Counted from the first letter of the whole stretch, positions 21,791 to 31,981 are shown. The stretch is DNA of 61,611 nt, filler included, from 6 parts of 6 records of this genome joined end to end with filler, not necessarily neighbours in it; one strand, 5' to 3'. The notes: generated by a model not told the origin, from the letters alone. Program-made: numbers and translations.

Positions 21791-23329
21791 GTGTTGCGCA
21801 GTTTCAAAGGTTCTCTCCGCGTGTTTGCCCTCGTGGCAGCCACCTTGTGTGTTGTCTCGACCGCCGAAGCCGGGCTGTTGTCGCGGCTTGCGCGGGAAGC
21901 AGGCGATGCGGCGGGGTCCGCAGGCAAGCATATCGACACACCCAAGCATCTTCTCGATGAAGGCGCCTCCATTGCAAAGCGGCTGCCCAAGGTCCCAGGT
22001 GCTGCATCCCTTGCCCTGATGCCGGCGCCCGGCAACGCCTGGCAGCTTGTCACGCCTGACGGAAAAAGCCTTCAGCTCGCCTCCCTGCACGACTTGCCGA
22101 ATGCCCTGGATGATGCCGCCAGACAGACCCACCGGCCACTGGCAGGTGATCTCCCGGGCAAGGCTCCTGTGCCCGACGCCCTACAACTTGCGCTTCGGGA
22201 AACCGATTTTTTCAAGCTTCGGGACCAGCTGGATAGCCTGCCCGCCAAAGCACGGCCGGTGATGGTGAGGCCAAATGGCAAGACCTACGACCTGAAACCG
22301 ATCAGCACTTCAAATGGCACACGGCTTGCGGTTGCGCTTTCTCCAGACGTCCTGATCAACCCGGCAACCGCAAGGGCGCTCGACGGAAACATCAGGTTCC
22401 TGTCCCGGCCGGTTAAACGCGCGGATCTCAAGATGGCGCGGTTCAACAGCTCCGAAGCAGCCAATGCTTCAGGTCCTGGAGACATGATTGCCGATCTGAA
22501 TGCCGACATTCTGGCCTCCAGCCTGGCGAAGTACAAAAACAGGACGCTGGTTGTCACCGGCCGCATCACCCCGCACCCGCAAACCGGTCGGCCTCAGCTC
22601 AGCGTGCGTGACGGCAAGTCCGTGCGGGAAATCGACCTCGACGCATTTCAGAAGGCGGCTGAAAGCCAGCGGGTCAACCTGATGCTTGTGGAAAGCAAGT
22701 CACTGGTGCAGCCCGGCAAAAGCTGGTTTTCAAGAACATCACTCGAAAAGCGCTTCGAGGCCGCGCAGTCGGCAATGACCCAGGCGGAGCTGCTCAAGGC
22801 ACTTTCGCCTCCGAACAGCACGACACTGATCCACGCTGCCGATGAACGAAACTTCCGCCTTGTTACCGCAAGCCGTTTCAGCCCGGAGGCGAACCCCGTA
22901 ACGACCTCGCCTCAGGTGTCTGCCACTGCCGGAGACGACTATACGCTCGCAGGCTGGTTGCTGGACGCAAGCTTGCGCACAAGTGTCAGGACCATTCACC
23001 GCAATGGCGAGGACCCCGAGCACACGGAAGAAGTCGAAAGCCGCTGGATACCCTGGATATCAAATTTCGACCTGATCTTGCTCTCGGTCCTTTCCGTCGT
23101 AACGCTGTTCATGAGCTGGTATCTCTGGCGCTGGTGGAACCGCTTCTGGCGTTTCGTGCTGGGGAACCGGGCTGCCGCCGATGCTCCCTCTTTGCCGCTC
23201 AAGCTCGTGAAGATTGTCTTCTTCCTGCCGTTTGCACTGATCATGCTGGTTCCGGCGATGATCTGGCTCTTTATCGGCGACTGGGTGAGATTTCTTACAT
23301 GGCCGTTCCGAAAAGCATTCGGACGTTAA
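21791..23329 (+). CDS. Hypothetical exported protein with C-terminal membrane anchor
   Basis: 512-aa ORF; signal peptide ending AEA; two C-terminal hydrophobic Trp-rich helices; no recognisable family. Confidence 0.7.
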   Translation: MLRSFKGSLRVFALVAATLCVVSTAEAGLLSRLAREAGDAAGSAGKHIDTPKHLLDEGASIAKRLPKVPGAASLALMPAPGNAWQLVTPDGKSLQLASLHDLPNALDDAARQTHRPLAGDLPGKAPVPDALQLALRETDFFKLRDQLDSLPAKARPVMVRPNGKTYDLKPISTSNGTRLAVALSPDVLINPATARALDGNIRFLSRPVKRADLKMARFNSSEAANASGPGDMIADLNADILASSLAKYKNRTLVVTGRITPHPQTGRPQLSVRDGKSVREIDLDAFQKAAESQRVNLMLVESKSLVQPGKSWFSRTSLEKRFEAAQSAMTQAELLKALSPPNSTTLIHAADERNFRLVTASRFSPEANPVTTSPQVSATAGDDYTLAGWLLDASLRTSVRTIHRNGEDPEHTEEVESRWIPWISNFDLILLSVLSVVTLFMSWYLWRWWNRFWRFVLGNRAAADAPSLPLKLVKIVFFLPFALIMLVPAMIWLFIGDWVRFLTWPFRKAFGR

Positions 23330-23425
23330 CGCATTTGCGCGTAATCCTGTGCCCTATTGCCCGTGGCGGCAATAATTTTGGATGGCCAATTTGAAATTGC
23401 CGCAATCGCGGTGCACCATAACGAC

Positions 23426-26419
23426 ATGGAAACTCCATTAATTACAGGCGCTTTCGCGCTGCTCCTGATTACGATTTCCCTGCTGCAGCCCCTTGCCAGA
23501 CGGCTTGGGCTGGCGCCCAGCGTTTTGCTGGCCACGGTCGGCACCATGATCGGCATTCTGGCGATCTATCTACGCTACACTGCCGAAACAAATGCCTTCA
23601 ACGCTATTGCGGACGTCTTCATCAATCCCCCGCTGGATTCGGAGATGATCCTCTACATTTTTCTGCCCATCCTTCTATTTCAAACCGCCCTCACCCTGGA
23701 AGTTCGACGGATCGTCGAGGACATTGCCCCGATCCTGCTGATGGCGGTTGTCGCCGTCTTCGTCGCAACAGCCTTCATCGGCTTTGCCCTTTATCCGCTG
23801 GCAACGCTGTTTTCGCTCACCGACATCACGCTGATCGCCTGCCTGCTGCTGGGCTCGATTGTCGCCACGACGGACCCGGTTGCCGTTGTCGCCATCTTCC
23901 GAGATATTGGCGCGCCCGCGCGGCTCGGCCGCATCGTGGAAGGCGAGAGCCTGCTGAACGATGCTGCCGCCATCGTGATCTTCGTCATCCTGCTGCACAT
24001 GCTGGCCGGTCACGAAACCATGACCGTCGGCGAAGCCGCCATTGCCTTCTGCCGCTCTTTCGCCGGTGGCATCATCGTGGGTGCGCTGCTTGGCCGGATC
24101 GCGGTTTCCCTTCTGCCGATCATGCGCGACATTCCGCTGGCACAGGTGACCCTGAGCCTGGCACTGCCCTACGGCACCTATGTGCTCAGCGATCAGTTCG
24201 TTGATGTTTCCGCCGTTGTTGCCGTCGTCTGTGCGGGCACTGTGTTCAACCTTTACGGCCCGGCCCGCATTCAGCCGGCCAGCTGGCAATTTCTCCATGC
24301 GGTCTGGGAGCAGATCTCCTTCTGGGCTGCTTCGCTCATCTTCCTCCTGTCCGCCATCCTGATCCCGCGTTTCGTGGAAGGCTTCACGCCTGTCGACATT
24401 CTGTTGCTGTTCGTCGTCATCGTCGCCGCATTGGCCGCCCGTGCGGTCGTCATCTTCGGACTGCTACCGGTGCTCAGCGTGTTCCGGATGGGACAGGCGG
24501 TCAACGACCGCTACAAGACGGTAATCCTGTGGGGCGGCATGCGCGGCGCCGTCACGCTGACGCTGGCGCTCAGCGTGTCCGAGCATGCGATGCTGTCGGA
24601 CGAAGTGTCGGTCTTCGTCACCAAACTGGCGACGGGCTTCGTCCTGTTCACGCTGCTGGTTTACGGCACCAGTCTGAAGCCACTGATCCGGCTGCTCGGC
24701 CTCGACAAGCTGAATGCCCGCGACGAGGCCTTGCGAACACAGTACCTGGCCCTGGCTTTGTCAGACGTCCGGCACGAACTGGAAACCGCCGCCCGCAACT
24801 ATCACATTGCCCCGCGCGTCACGGACGATGTGCTGAAAGACTACGAGAGCCGTGCGGAAGCCGCAGCTGCGGAAACCAACAAACTGGAAGAACTGAAGGA
24901 CTGGGACCGCGTCCGCATTGGCCTGATTGCGCTGGCCGACCGGGAACAGCAGCTCGTGCTGGAGCATTTCCACGAAAAGACCATCTCCGGACGGTCTGTT
25001 TCGCGGTTCCTGGCCCTGACCGGACGTACCGGTGACCTGACACGAAGCGACGGCCGGTCCGGCTATAATCAGGCTGCGCGTCAGCCGTTGAAATTCGGCC
25101 TCGGCTTCCGCCTCGCCCAGACACTGCAGCGGCGGCTCAGGATTGCCCGGCCACTGGCCATCCGTCTTGCCGACCGGTTCGAATTCCTGCTGGTTTACCG
25201 GATCCTTGCCGACGAGCTTGTCGACTTCAACAACAAGCGGATACGCCCCCTGCTCGGTGACCGTGTTGCCGACATTCTGCAGGACACCCTGGCGATCCGG
25301 CAGGACGAGACCCTTGCAGCCATCGATGCCCTGCGCCTGCAGTATCCGGATTACGCCGACGCCCTGGAAGGACAGTTCCTGCGCAAGGCCGGCGTCCGGC
25401 TGGAAGAAACCGCCTATGACGAAGCCAAGGAGCAAATGCTGATCGGCACCGAGCTGCATCGCGACCTTCTGCGGGATGTCGAGCGGACCCGAAAAGCCTG
25501 TCACACGCGGCCTAAACTCGATCTTGGCCTGAAGACCCGCGAACTCGTCAGCGCGCATCCGCTGTTTGCGGACCTCACCCGCAAGCAGCAGAAGGCCATT
25601 CGCCGGATGATGCGGCCGCAATTCGCAACCCCGGGCGAGAAACTGATCCGCAAGGGCGACCGAGGGGATGCTGCCTATTTCATTGCGTCCGGCGCAGTGG
25701 AAGTGCGTGCACCCAGCCACAACATCCGTCTTGGCCGCGGTGACGTGTTTGGTGAAATCGCGCTGATGACCGGCGGCCGCCGCAGCGCGGATGTCGTCGC
25801 ACTCGGTTATTGCCAGTTGCTCAGCCTCAGGGCGCAGGACTTCAAGGCACTGCTGGCCGAAAACGAGGACTTGCGCAACCACGTCGCCATGCTGACCAAA
25901 CGGCGTCAGCTGATGAACCTGGACGACGGTGAAACGGAAATGGAAGATCCTGTCTTTCCCATTTTCACCGAGATCAGAACCAGCAACCAGACCGGTGAGG
26001 AGCTGTCCCCGGAGACCGTTCTTGCGGAGCCTGATGCAGGAGAAACAGAAACCGAAATTCTCACCTTCGATGAGGCGGACGCGCAGAATGACCCGTCGCT
26101 CATGGAGAAGTTGAGCGCGGCGGATACCGTCACTGCAACGCCCGAAGAGCCGTCTCAGTTGGAGACGGACAAAGACAGCCACGCCGAAGAAGACGAAGAA
26201 GTACAGGAAGTCGCCAAGAGCGACGCCGGTTCTGCCGATGCGGAACCGGAAAAGGGGGGCGTTGAAGGCATGCAGCCACGCTCGAAAGGCTTCGAAGCTT
26301 CTGCAGCGGACGCATCAGCACCGGACCAGGGCAAGACGGAACCAACTGAAGAGGCCGCCGCCACGAGCGAGCCTGAGGAAACTCGAAAGCCGAAGACCAA
26401 GACCCGCGAGACGGCATAA
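23426..26419 (+). CDS. CPA1 Na+/H+ antiporter with cyclic-nucleotide-binding domain and acidic tail
   Basis: TDPVAV, EGESLLNDAAAIV, WGGMRGAV; cNMP domain FGEIAL..RRSADV; E/A-rich C-terminal tail. Confidence 0.9.
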   Translation: METPLITGAFALLLITISLLQPLARRLGLAPSVLLATVGTMIGILAIYLRYTAETNAFNAIADVFINPPLDSEMILYIFLPILLFQTALTLEVRRIVEDIAPILLMAVVAVFVATAFIGFALYPLATLFSLTDITLIACLLLGSIVATTDPVAVVAIFRDIGAPARLGRIVEGESLLNDAAAIVIFVILLHMLAGHETMTVGEAAIAFCRSFAGGIIVGALLGRIAVSLLPIMRDIPLAQVTLSLALPYGTYVLSDQFVDVSAVVAVVCAGTVFNLYGPARIQPASWQFLHAVWEQISFWAASLIFLLSAILIPRFVEGFTPVDILLLFVVIVAALAARAVVIFGLLPVLSVFRMGQAVNDRYKTVILWGGMRGAVTLTLALSVSEHAMLSDEVSVFVTKLATGFVLFTLLVYGTSLKPLIRLLGLDKLNARDEALRTQYLALALSDVRHELETAARNYHIAPRVTDDVLKDYESRAEAAAAETNKLEELKDWDRVRIGLIALADREQQLVLEHFHEKTISGRSVSRFLALTGRTGDLTRSDGRSGYNQAARQPLKFGLGFRLAQTLQRRLRIARPLAIRLADRFEFLLVYRILADELVDFNNKRIRPLLGDRVADILQDTLAIRQDETLAAIDALRLQYPDYADALEGQFLRKAGVRLEETAYDEAKEQMLIGTELHRDLLRDVERTRKACHTRPKLDLGLKTRELVSAHPLFADLTRKQQKAIRRMMRPQFATPGEKLIRKGDRGDAAYFIASGAVEVRAPSHNIRLGRGDVFGEIALMTGGRRSADVVALGYCQLLSLRAQDFKALLAENEDLRNHVAMLTKRRQLMNLDDGETEMEDPVFPIFTEIRTSNQTGEELSPETVLAEPDAGETETEILTFDEADAQNDPSLMEKLSAADTVTATPEEPSQLETDKDSHAEEDEEVQEVAKSDAGSADAEPEKGGVEGMQPRSKGFEASAADASAPDQGKTEPTEEAAATSEPEETRKPKTKTRETA

Positions 26420-26437
26420 GCCTCTGATCGGAATACA

Positions 26438-26469
26438 ATCGCCGCAGCGGACGTTCCCCTGCGGCGATG
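26438..26469. terminator. Hairpin between convergent genes
   Basis: ATCGCCGCAG..CTGCGGCGAT inverted repeat. Confidence 0.6.
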
Positions 26470-26479
26470 GTACGCCGTA

Positions 26480-27286
26480 TTATCCAGCTTTCTGAATTTC
26501 GACCGAATGCGGATAGGGAATGGAGATGCCACCGGCATCAAACGCTTCCTTGACCGACTTCAGCATGTGGAACTTCAGTTCCCAGTAGTTTCCGGCATCA
26601 CACCACAGCCTGACGCCAAGATCGACCGAACTGTCTCCCAGATTGGTCAACCGGACCCAGGGCTCCGGATCCTTGTGAACGCGCTCGTCCGCGTTGGCGA
26701 CATCGAGAATGATCTGCACCGCCTTGTCTATATCGTCATCATAGTCGATGCCGAAGGTCAGATCGAGACGCCGGGTGGAATGCGCCGAGAAATTGGTGAT
26801 GACCGTGCCCCAGGCCTTGCCGTTCGGCATGATGATCTGAACGTTGTCCGGCGTCACAAGCTCGGTGACGAAGATGTTGAGATCCTTCACCGTTCCGGAC
26901 GTTCCGCCGATATCAACATATTGGCCTATCTTGTAGGGCCGGAAGATGATCAGCATCACGCCTGCGGCGATGTCGCTCAATGTTCCCTGCAACGCCAGGC
27001 CGATGGCCAGTGTACCGGCGCCCAGCACGGCAACGAGACTGGTGGCCTGAATACCGAAGAGTTGCAGAACCGCGATAACCGTGATGAGCAGGATCAGCCA
27101 GCGAACGATGGATGCGGCAAAGCTGCCGATCGTGTCGTCGATGCGCGGGTGAGCCACGATCCTGCTCTTGACGATGCTCGACAGGAAGCCGGCCAGAAAC
27201 CAGCCGATCACCAGAACGATGATGGCTTTCACTGCGTTGATGATCAGTGGCGTATAGACGCTCACCTGGTCGATTGCGCTTTCCAT
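26480..27286 (-). CDS. mscS: Small-conductance mechanosensitive channel
   Basis: AVLGAGTLAIGLALQGTLS, RPYKIGQYV, GISIPYP. Confidence 0.92.
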   Translation of the reverse strand: MESAIDQVSVYTPLIINAVKAIIVLVIGWFLAGFLSSIVKSRIVAHPRIDDTIGSFAASIVRWLILLITVIAVLQLFGIQATSLVAVLGAGTLAIGLALQGTLSDIAAGVMLIIFRPYKIGQYVDIGGTSGTVKDLNIFVTELVTPDNVQIIMPNGKAWGTVITNFSAHSTRRLDLTFGIDYDDDIDKAVQIILDVANADERVHKDPEPWVRLTNLGDSSVDLGVRLWCDAGNYWELKFHMLKSVKEAFDAGGISIPYPHSVEIQKAG

Positions 27287-27382
27287 GAAGTCCCTCCGTT
27301 CCCATGCAATCACTTGAATACGTGGAAGTACTATCAGCAGATTTAGGCACTGGCCAGCAATGCACCCTGAGATTGCTGTAAC

Positions 27383-28930
27383 TTACCGGAATATTGCCGG
27401 GGAGCCGGCTTCATCGGCTGAACCGGCAAGCCAATCCTCGAGAAACTGTGCCATTTCCTCGTTGCCGCATCCACTGATGCAGCGCGGATCAAGCAAGCTG
27501 CCGGCCTCAAGCAGCAGGCGTGCACAGGCGATGTGATCGGCTTCACGGCGTTTCGGGGCAAATTCCGAACCGTGGACGACAGTGTCGAGAGCATCGCCAC
27601 CAAAGCGGTTCTTGCGGGTAAGATCCGGTCCAAGCGAGAGGAAATAGGCCATTTCATCCGCAAGGCCGTTCCAGCCCGCCACCTGCAATGGTGGCAGTCC
27701 CATGTCGTCGGACTCATTCGGGTCCAGTCCGGCCGCAATCAGCGCCTTCATGTGTTCCAGCTTGCCTGGAATGAAGGCGAGCCGGGTCAGCAGGCTTTTG
27801 TCTTCCTTGCTCAGACGCGCAGTATCGAGACTACCAGGATTTGCCTTTCCCTCGGCGCAGGCGGCCAGAACCTGTTCGTTCCGGTCCAGCTTGTGCGCAT
27901 GACCTTTCTCCGCCAGGTATTTGGCGACCGGCAGATTGCCGTAAATCAACGCCATGGCGTATCCGGTATGGCCGTCCCAAACCGCGTCCGGATCGGCGCC
28001 ATGGGCAAGCAACAGCTCGACAACCTTCACCGAGCCACCGCGCCGGGCTGCCTGATGTAGGGAGGGAATCGTGTTCATGGGCTGGCCGCTCGGATGATCC
28101 GGTACGGTGATGTTCGGATCGGCTCCGGCTTCCAGAAGCAGACGGACCTTGATTTCATCATCGAAATCGAGTGCGCGCGGCAAGGCATTGGTCCCATCCG
28201 GCTGCGCGCCATGCTTCAGAAGCAGTTCGAGCGCACGCGGATGCTCGAGTTCGGTGGCGTGGTAGAGGCTTTCGTTATCGTTGGGACTGGCTCCCTGTTC
28301 CAGCAACCAACGGCCAAGGTCGAAATTATCCGCATGACACAAAGCGCCGTAGAGTGCGGACAGCATGTGTTTGTCGCCCGGCCTTTCCGGGTAACCGTCA
28401 TTCACATCCGCGCCGTTGGCGACCAGCAGTTCGGCAATGGCAATCATGTCTGCCGCCCGTTCCGGACGCCGATGTATTTCCTTGGAAAAAGCCAGATGCA
28501 GGATCGGCGAGCGCACACCCACCAGGCGCGTGGCGGCTGCAGCATCCGCTGCCACCACCCTGCGAACGGCGTCGAGGTCGTACAGGGCAACCTGAAGACC
28601 GAAATTGTCGTCCTTCAGCGTCGGGTCATCGGCAAGCAGTTTTTCCGTAACCCAATGCTGGCCGAAATAGAGCGCCTGTTTCAAACGCTCTGCCCGCTCA
28701 TCCCTGCTCAGGGATGCTACTTCGAGAGTGAATTTCAGCTTCGGCCAGCTGTCATGACCGGCTTCACGGGCAATGACATGAAGAAAATCCGCGTGGCGGA
28801 GGGGCTTTGAGGGGTCTACGTGGGCAGAAACGCGTTTAGAGGCTTCCGCCTCGCCTTTCAGAAAGGCTTTTCTGAGACGGCGTGCGGATTTCTTGAAGTC
28901 GTCGAGGGAAGTTGCAGGTCCTGCGGACAT
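27383..28930 (-). CDS. Ankyrin-repeat protein with small N-terminal helical domain
   Basis: Repeated LL..GA.PN/D units; N-terminal LDDFKKSARRLRKA...HVIAREAGHDSWPKLK; AGGAG RBS before ATG 28930. Confidence 0.88.
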   Translation of the reverse strand: MSAGPATSLDDFKKSARRLRKAFLKGEAEASKRVSAHVDPSKPLRHADFLHVIAREAGHDSWPKLKFTLEVASLSRDERAERLKQALYFGQHWVTEKLLADDPTLKDDNFGLQVALYDLDAVRRVVAADAAAATRLVGVRSPILHLAFSKEIHRRPERAADMIAIAELLVANGADVNDGYPERPGDKHMLSALYGALCHADNFDLGRWLLEQGASPNDNESLYHATELEHPRALELLLKHGAQPDGTNALPRALDFDDEIKVRLLLEAGADPNITVPDHPSGQPMNTIPSLHQAARRGGSVKVVELLLAHGADPDAVWDGHTGYAMALIYGNLPVAKYLAEKGHAHKLDRNEQVLAACAEGKANPGSLDTARLSKEDKSLLTRLAFIPGKLEHMKALIAAGLDPNESDDMGLPPLQVAGWNGLADEMAYFLSLGPDLTRKNRFGGDALDTVVHGSEFAPKRREADHIACARLLLEAGSLLDPRCISGCGNEEMAQFLEDWLAGSADEAGSPAIFR

Positions 28931-29060
28931 GGCTTTTCTCCTGTGTCGAAAGCCCGGGCGATCCGCTGGTGTCGGGCGCAGGTGAAAAACCGGCATATGG
29001 CGTCAGAAGTCAGGGTGCTTTCGCTTTCCGCGGATCCGGCAGCCGCCCTCGTCGGCGACG
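28931..29060 (-). ncRNA. Candidate structured cis-regulatory 5' leader RNA
   Basis: Long-range pairings GAUCCGC/GCGGAUC and GGGCG/CGCCC closing just before the RBS; upstream TTGCAA-N17-CAATTT promoter-like sequence. Confidence 0.45.
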
Positions 29061-29100
29061 CCAAATTGCATGAGGACACAACGGATTGCAACCCCGGAGG

Positions 29101-29511
29101 TCAGTCCGGACCGTTCTCCCTCTCGAACCGTTCTCGAGCCGAGGAGACAGCGGCTTCGTTCTCGATCGCCCAGTTGGTGAGCGCTTTCAGCGGCACCAGA
29201 AGCGTCCGGCCGAGCGGCGTCAGCGAATAGTCGACGCGCGGGGGAATACTAGGGGTCACGACGCGGCTGACCAGGCCGTCCTTTTCAAGTTCCCGCAAGG
29301 TCGCCGTTAGGGATTTCTGGGTCACGCCGCCAATCGATCGCTTGAGATCGGAAAACCGGCGCGGCTCATATTCAAGATGGGCAACCACCAGGCTGCACCA
29401 TTTGCTGCCGACAGTTTGCAGCAGTCTACGTACCGGCACGCAGCGCGGATCCTCGTGGTGCGGCAACTGTTCACGCGGCAGCTCTTCGACGGGTTTCGCC
29501 AGCGGTTTCAT
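29101..29511 (-). CDS. HxlR family winged-helix regulator
   Basis: KW..LV, RRFSDLKRSIGGVTQKSLT..LRELE.DGLV.R, PPRVDYSLT; start could be 29532. Confidence 0.92.
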   Translation of the reverse strand: MKPLAKPVEELPREQLPHHEDPRCVPVRRLLQTVGSKWCSLVVAHLEYEPRRFSDLKRSIGGVTQKSLTATLRELEKDGLVSRVVTPSIPPRVDYSLTPLGRTLLVPLKALTNWAIENEAAVSSARERFERENGPD

Positions 29512-29515
29512 CAAG

Positions 29516-29602
29516 GATACCTCGGTTTCCAAAAAGTGCCGTCTTGCGGCCGGCTCAGTCTTACATCATTTCATACCAGTATCCAACGTATACCGAGGTA
29601 TC
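29516..29602. promoter_or_regulatory. Probable HxlR operator pair in divergent promoter
   Basis: GATACCTCGGT (29516-29526) and its exact reverse complement ACCGAGGTATC (29592-29602). Confidence 0.55.
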
Positions 29603-29646
29603 GTCTGGATACTCCTCCCAAGCTTTTGTTTCTCAAGGAATTCATC

Positions 29647-30213
29647 ATGTCGCTGAAACTGAAGATCATCTCCGGGTCGACCCGGCCTGGCCGCGTCGGG
29701 CCGACGATCGCGAAATGGGCAGCCAGTGCCGCCGAAGCACATGGCGGCTTCGAGGTGGAAAGCATCGATCTCGCCGACATCAACCTGCCGCTTCTGGACG
29801 AGCCGGCGCATCCGGCTGCCCAGCAATACACCCACGACCACACCAAGCGCTGGAGCAGTATTGTCGCCGACGCAGACGCGTTCCTGTTCCTGACCCCGGA
29901 ATACGACTATTTCACACCGGCATCCTTGGTGAATGCGGTGCAGGTGCTTTACCGCGAATGGAACTACAAGCCGGCCGGCATCATCAGCTACGGCGGCATT
30001 TCCGGTGGCCTGCGTGCGTCGCAGACGCTGCGCGAGCTGCTTGGCAACGTCAACGTGATGGCTCTGCCGCAGGTGGTTCCGGTTCCCTTCTTCCCGGAAT
30101 TCATCAACGACGAAAGCGTCTTCACGCCGAACGACAAGATGAGCGAAGGCGCCACCCAGCTTCTGGGCGAGCTGACCAAGTGGGCGACCGCCCTGAAGAC
30201 CATGCGCGGTTAA
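29647..30213 (+). CDS. NADPH-dependent FMN reductase
   Basis: GSTRPGR, TPEYDY, W..KP..IISYGG..GG.RA. Confidence 0.9.
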   Translation: MSLKLKIISGSTRPGRVGPTIAKWAASAAEAHGGFEVESIDLADINLPLLDEPAHPAAQQYTHDHTKRWSSIVADADAFLFLTPEYDYFTPASLVNAVQVLYREWNYKPAGIISYGGISGGLRASQTLRELLGNVNVMALPQVVPVPFFPEFINDESVFTPNDKMSEGATQLLGELTKWATALKTMRG

Positions 30214-30218
30214 ATGAC

Positions 30219-30249
30219 AAGGCCGCCGGATGTCGATCCGGCGGCCCCT
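30219..30249. terminator. Hairpin between convergent genes
   Basis: GGCCGCCGGAT-gtcg-ATCCGGCGGCC. Confidence 0.7.
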
Positions 30250-30279
30250 AGATCTTCTGAAACTCTTGAAGACCAGGTT

Positions 30280-31143
30280 CTACTTCTTGACCGGCCCCAG
30301 ATCGCACGGCGCCTTGCTATCGTCAGGTACGAAGAAATCAGGTGCCAGTGCCAGGCTCGGGTCCACCCGATACTTGTCGAAATCGGCGACACCGCGACTG
30401 GCCAGGAACGTGTCGTCAATGACGAACTGTCCGGTAAAATCCTTCGACGGTGTGGTGAAGATCTCATAGGCTGCATCGGCCAGAATGTCCGGCGTCCGGC
30501 TCTGCTGCATCATCTTGTCACCACCGATGATGTTCTTGATCGCCGCCGTCGCGATGGTCGTGCGTGGCCATAGCGCGTTGACCGCAATCCCCTTGGAGCG
30601 CAGCTCGCCTGCCAGCCCCAGCACCACCAGGCTCATTCCGTATTTGGCGATCGAATAGGGCGTGAAGGGCGCGAACCATTTCTCCTGCATGTCCAGCGGG
30701 GGCGACAGCATCAGGATATGCGGGTTGTCGGACTGTTTCAGATGTTCGATGGCATGTTTGGAACAGGCAAGCGTTCCACGGGTGTTGATCTGGTGCATCA
30801 GATCGAACCGCTTCATGTCGGTCTGCTGCAGCGGGGTCAGTTGAATGGCACTGGCGTTGTTGACCAGAATGTCGATCCCGCCGAAATGCGCCGCGGTCTT
30901 GTCCATTGCTTCCTTGACCGCTTCGTCGTCGCGCACGTCGAGCAGCACCGGCAGTGCCTTGCCACCTGCCGCCTCGATCTCCTCGGCAGCGGAATAGATC
31001 GTGCCTTCCAGTTTGGGATGTGGCTCGGCGGTTTTGGCGGCAACCGCAACGTTGGCTCCGTCACGCGCGGCCCGCAGCGCAATAGCCTTGCCGATCCCGC
31101 GCGATGCGCCAGTGATGAAAAGTGTCTTGCCCTTCAGGGACAT
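30280..31143 (-). CDS. Short-chain dehydrogenase (HSDL2-like)
   Basis: TGASRGIG, KTAEPHPKLEGTI, YSIAK. Confidence 0.9.
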   Translation of the reverse strand: MSLKGKTLFITGASRGIGKAIALRAARDGANVAVAAKTAEPHPKLEGTIYSAAEEIEAAGGKALPVLLDVRDDEAVKEAMDKTAAHFGGIDILVNNASAIQLTPLQQTDMKRFDLMHQINTRGTLACSKHAIEHLKQSDNPHILMLSPPLDMQEKWFAPFTPYSIAKYGMSLVVLGLAGELRSKGIAVNALWPRTTIATAAIKNIIGGDKMMQQSRTPDILADAAYEIFTTPSKDFTGQFVIDDTFLASRGVADFDKYRVDPSLALAPDFFVPDDSKAPCDLGPVKK

Positions 31144-31216
31144 GGTGGTTCCTCCGTAAGCCGCTCTCCGGCGACAACCTTGCGGTCTGAAATTTTCTCA
31201 TCCGAGCAAACGTGGC

Positions 31217-31963
31217 TCAGGCCTTCTTTTTCGTCATGAAAGCCTGGAAGGCAGCTATCGTTTCCGGCGCACTCAGCCGGCTGGCGAAGATCCTGATTTC
31301 TTCCTCTACGCGCTCGGACAGCCGAGCTGTGTCGCCGCGCAGAAGCTTTCTGGAAAGCGCCATTGCTTCGGGCGGCTTTGCGGCGATTTCCTTCGCGCAG
31401 GCAAGTGCTGCCGCGTCGACGTCGCCTTCGACAACCTCGTTTACCAGTCCGGCCTGTGCCGCCTTTTCGGCCGAAAAGGCGTTGCCGAGGCAGAGCAGCT
31501 CAAAGGCCCGGGCCGGCCCCATGATCTGTGGTCCGAGAAGGCTGGACCCCGCCTCCGGAACAAGCCCAAGATCGACGAAGGGGGAACGGATGAGGGCGCG
31601 CGGGCTGGCAAACACCATGTCGCAATGCATCAACAAGGTCGTGCCGACACCGATGGCGATACCGTCTATCGAGGCAACCAAAGGCTTTTCGTTGCGAACC
31701 AGAGCCCTCAGGAACCGGACGACCGGTGTTTCACCAAGTCCGGTCTTGCCGGCGTATTGCAGGAAGTCGCCAATATCGTTGCCGGCGGTAAAAACTTCCG
31801 GCAGGCCGCAGATCAGATGACAGCGAATATCCGCATCCGTGTTGCCTGTTTCCAGAGCTTCGGCGAGATCACTGTACATCTGCCCGGTCAGGGCGTTCTT
31901 CTTTTCCGGCCGGTCCAGACGCAGGGTCTGGACACCGTCTTCAAGGGACTTGCGGATCATCAT
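31217..31963 (-). CDS. Enoyl-CoA hydratase/isomerase
   Basis: LDRPEKKNAL, FTAGND, AIGVG..L..HCD, LGLVPEAG. Confidence 0.92.
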   Translation of the reverse strand: MMIRKSLEDGVQTLRLDRPEKKNALTGQMYSDLAEALETGNTDADIRCHLICGLPEVFTAGNDIGDFLQYAGKTGLGETPVVRFLRALVRNEKPLVASIDGIAIGVGTTLLMHCDMVFASPRALIRSPFVDLGLVPEAGSSLLGPQIMGPARAFELLCLGNAFSAEKAAQAGLVNEVVEGDVDAAALACAKEIAAKPPEAMALSRKLLRGDTARLSERVEEEIRIFASRLSAPETIAAFQAFMTKKKA

Positions 31964-31981
31964 CTACTCCGATCAGGCGGT

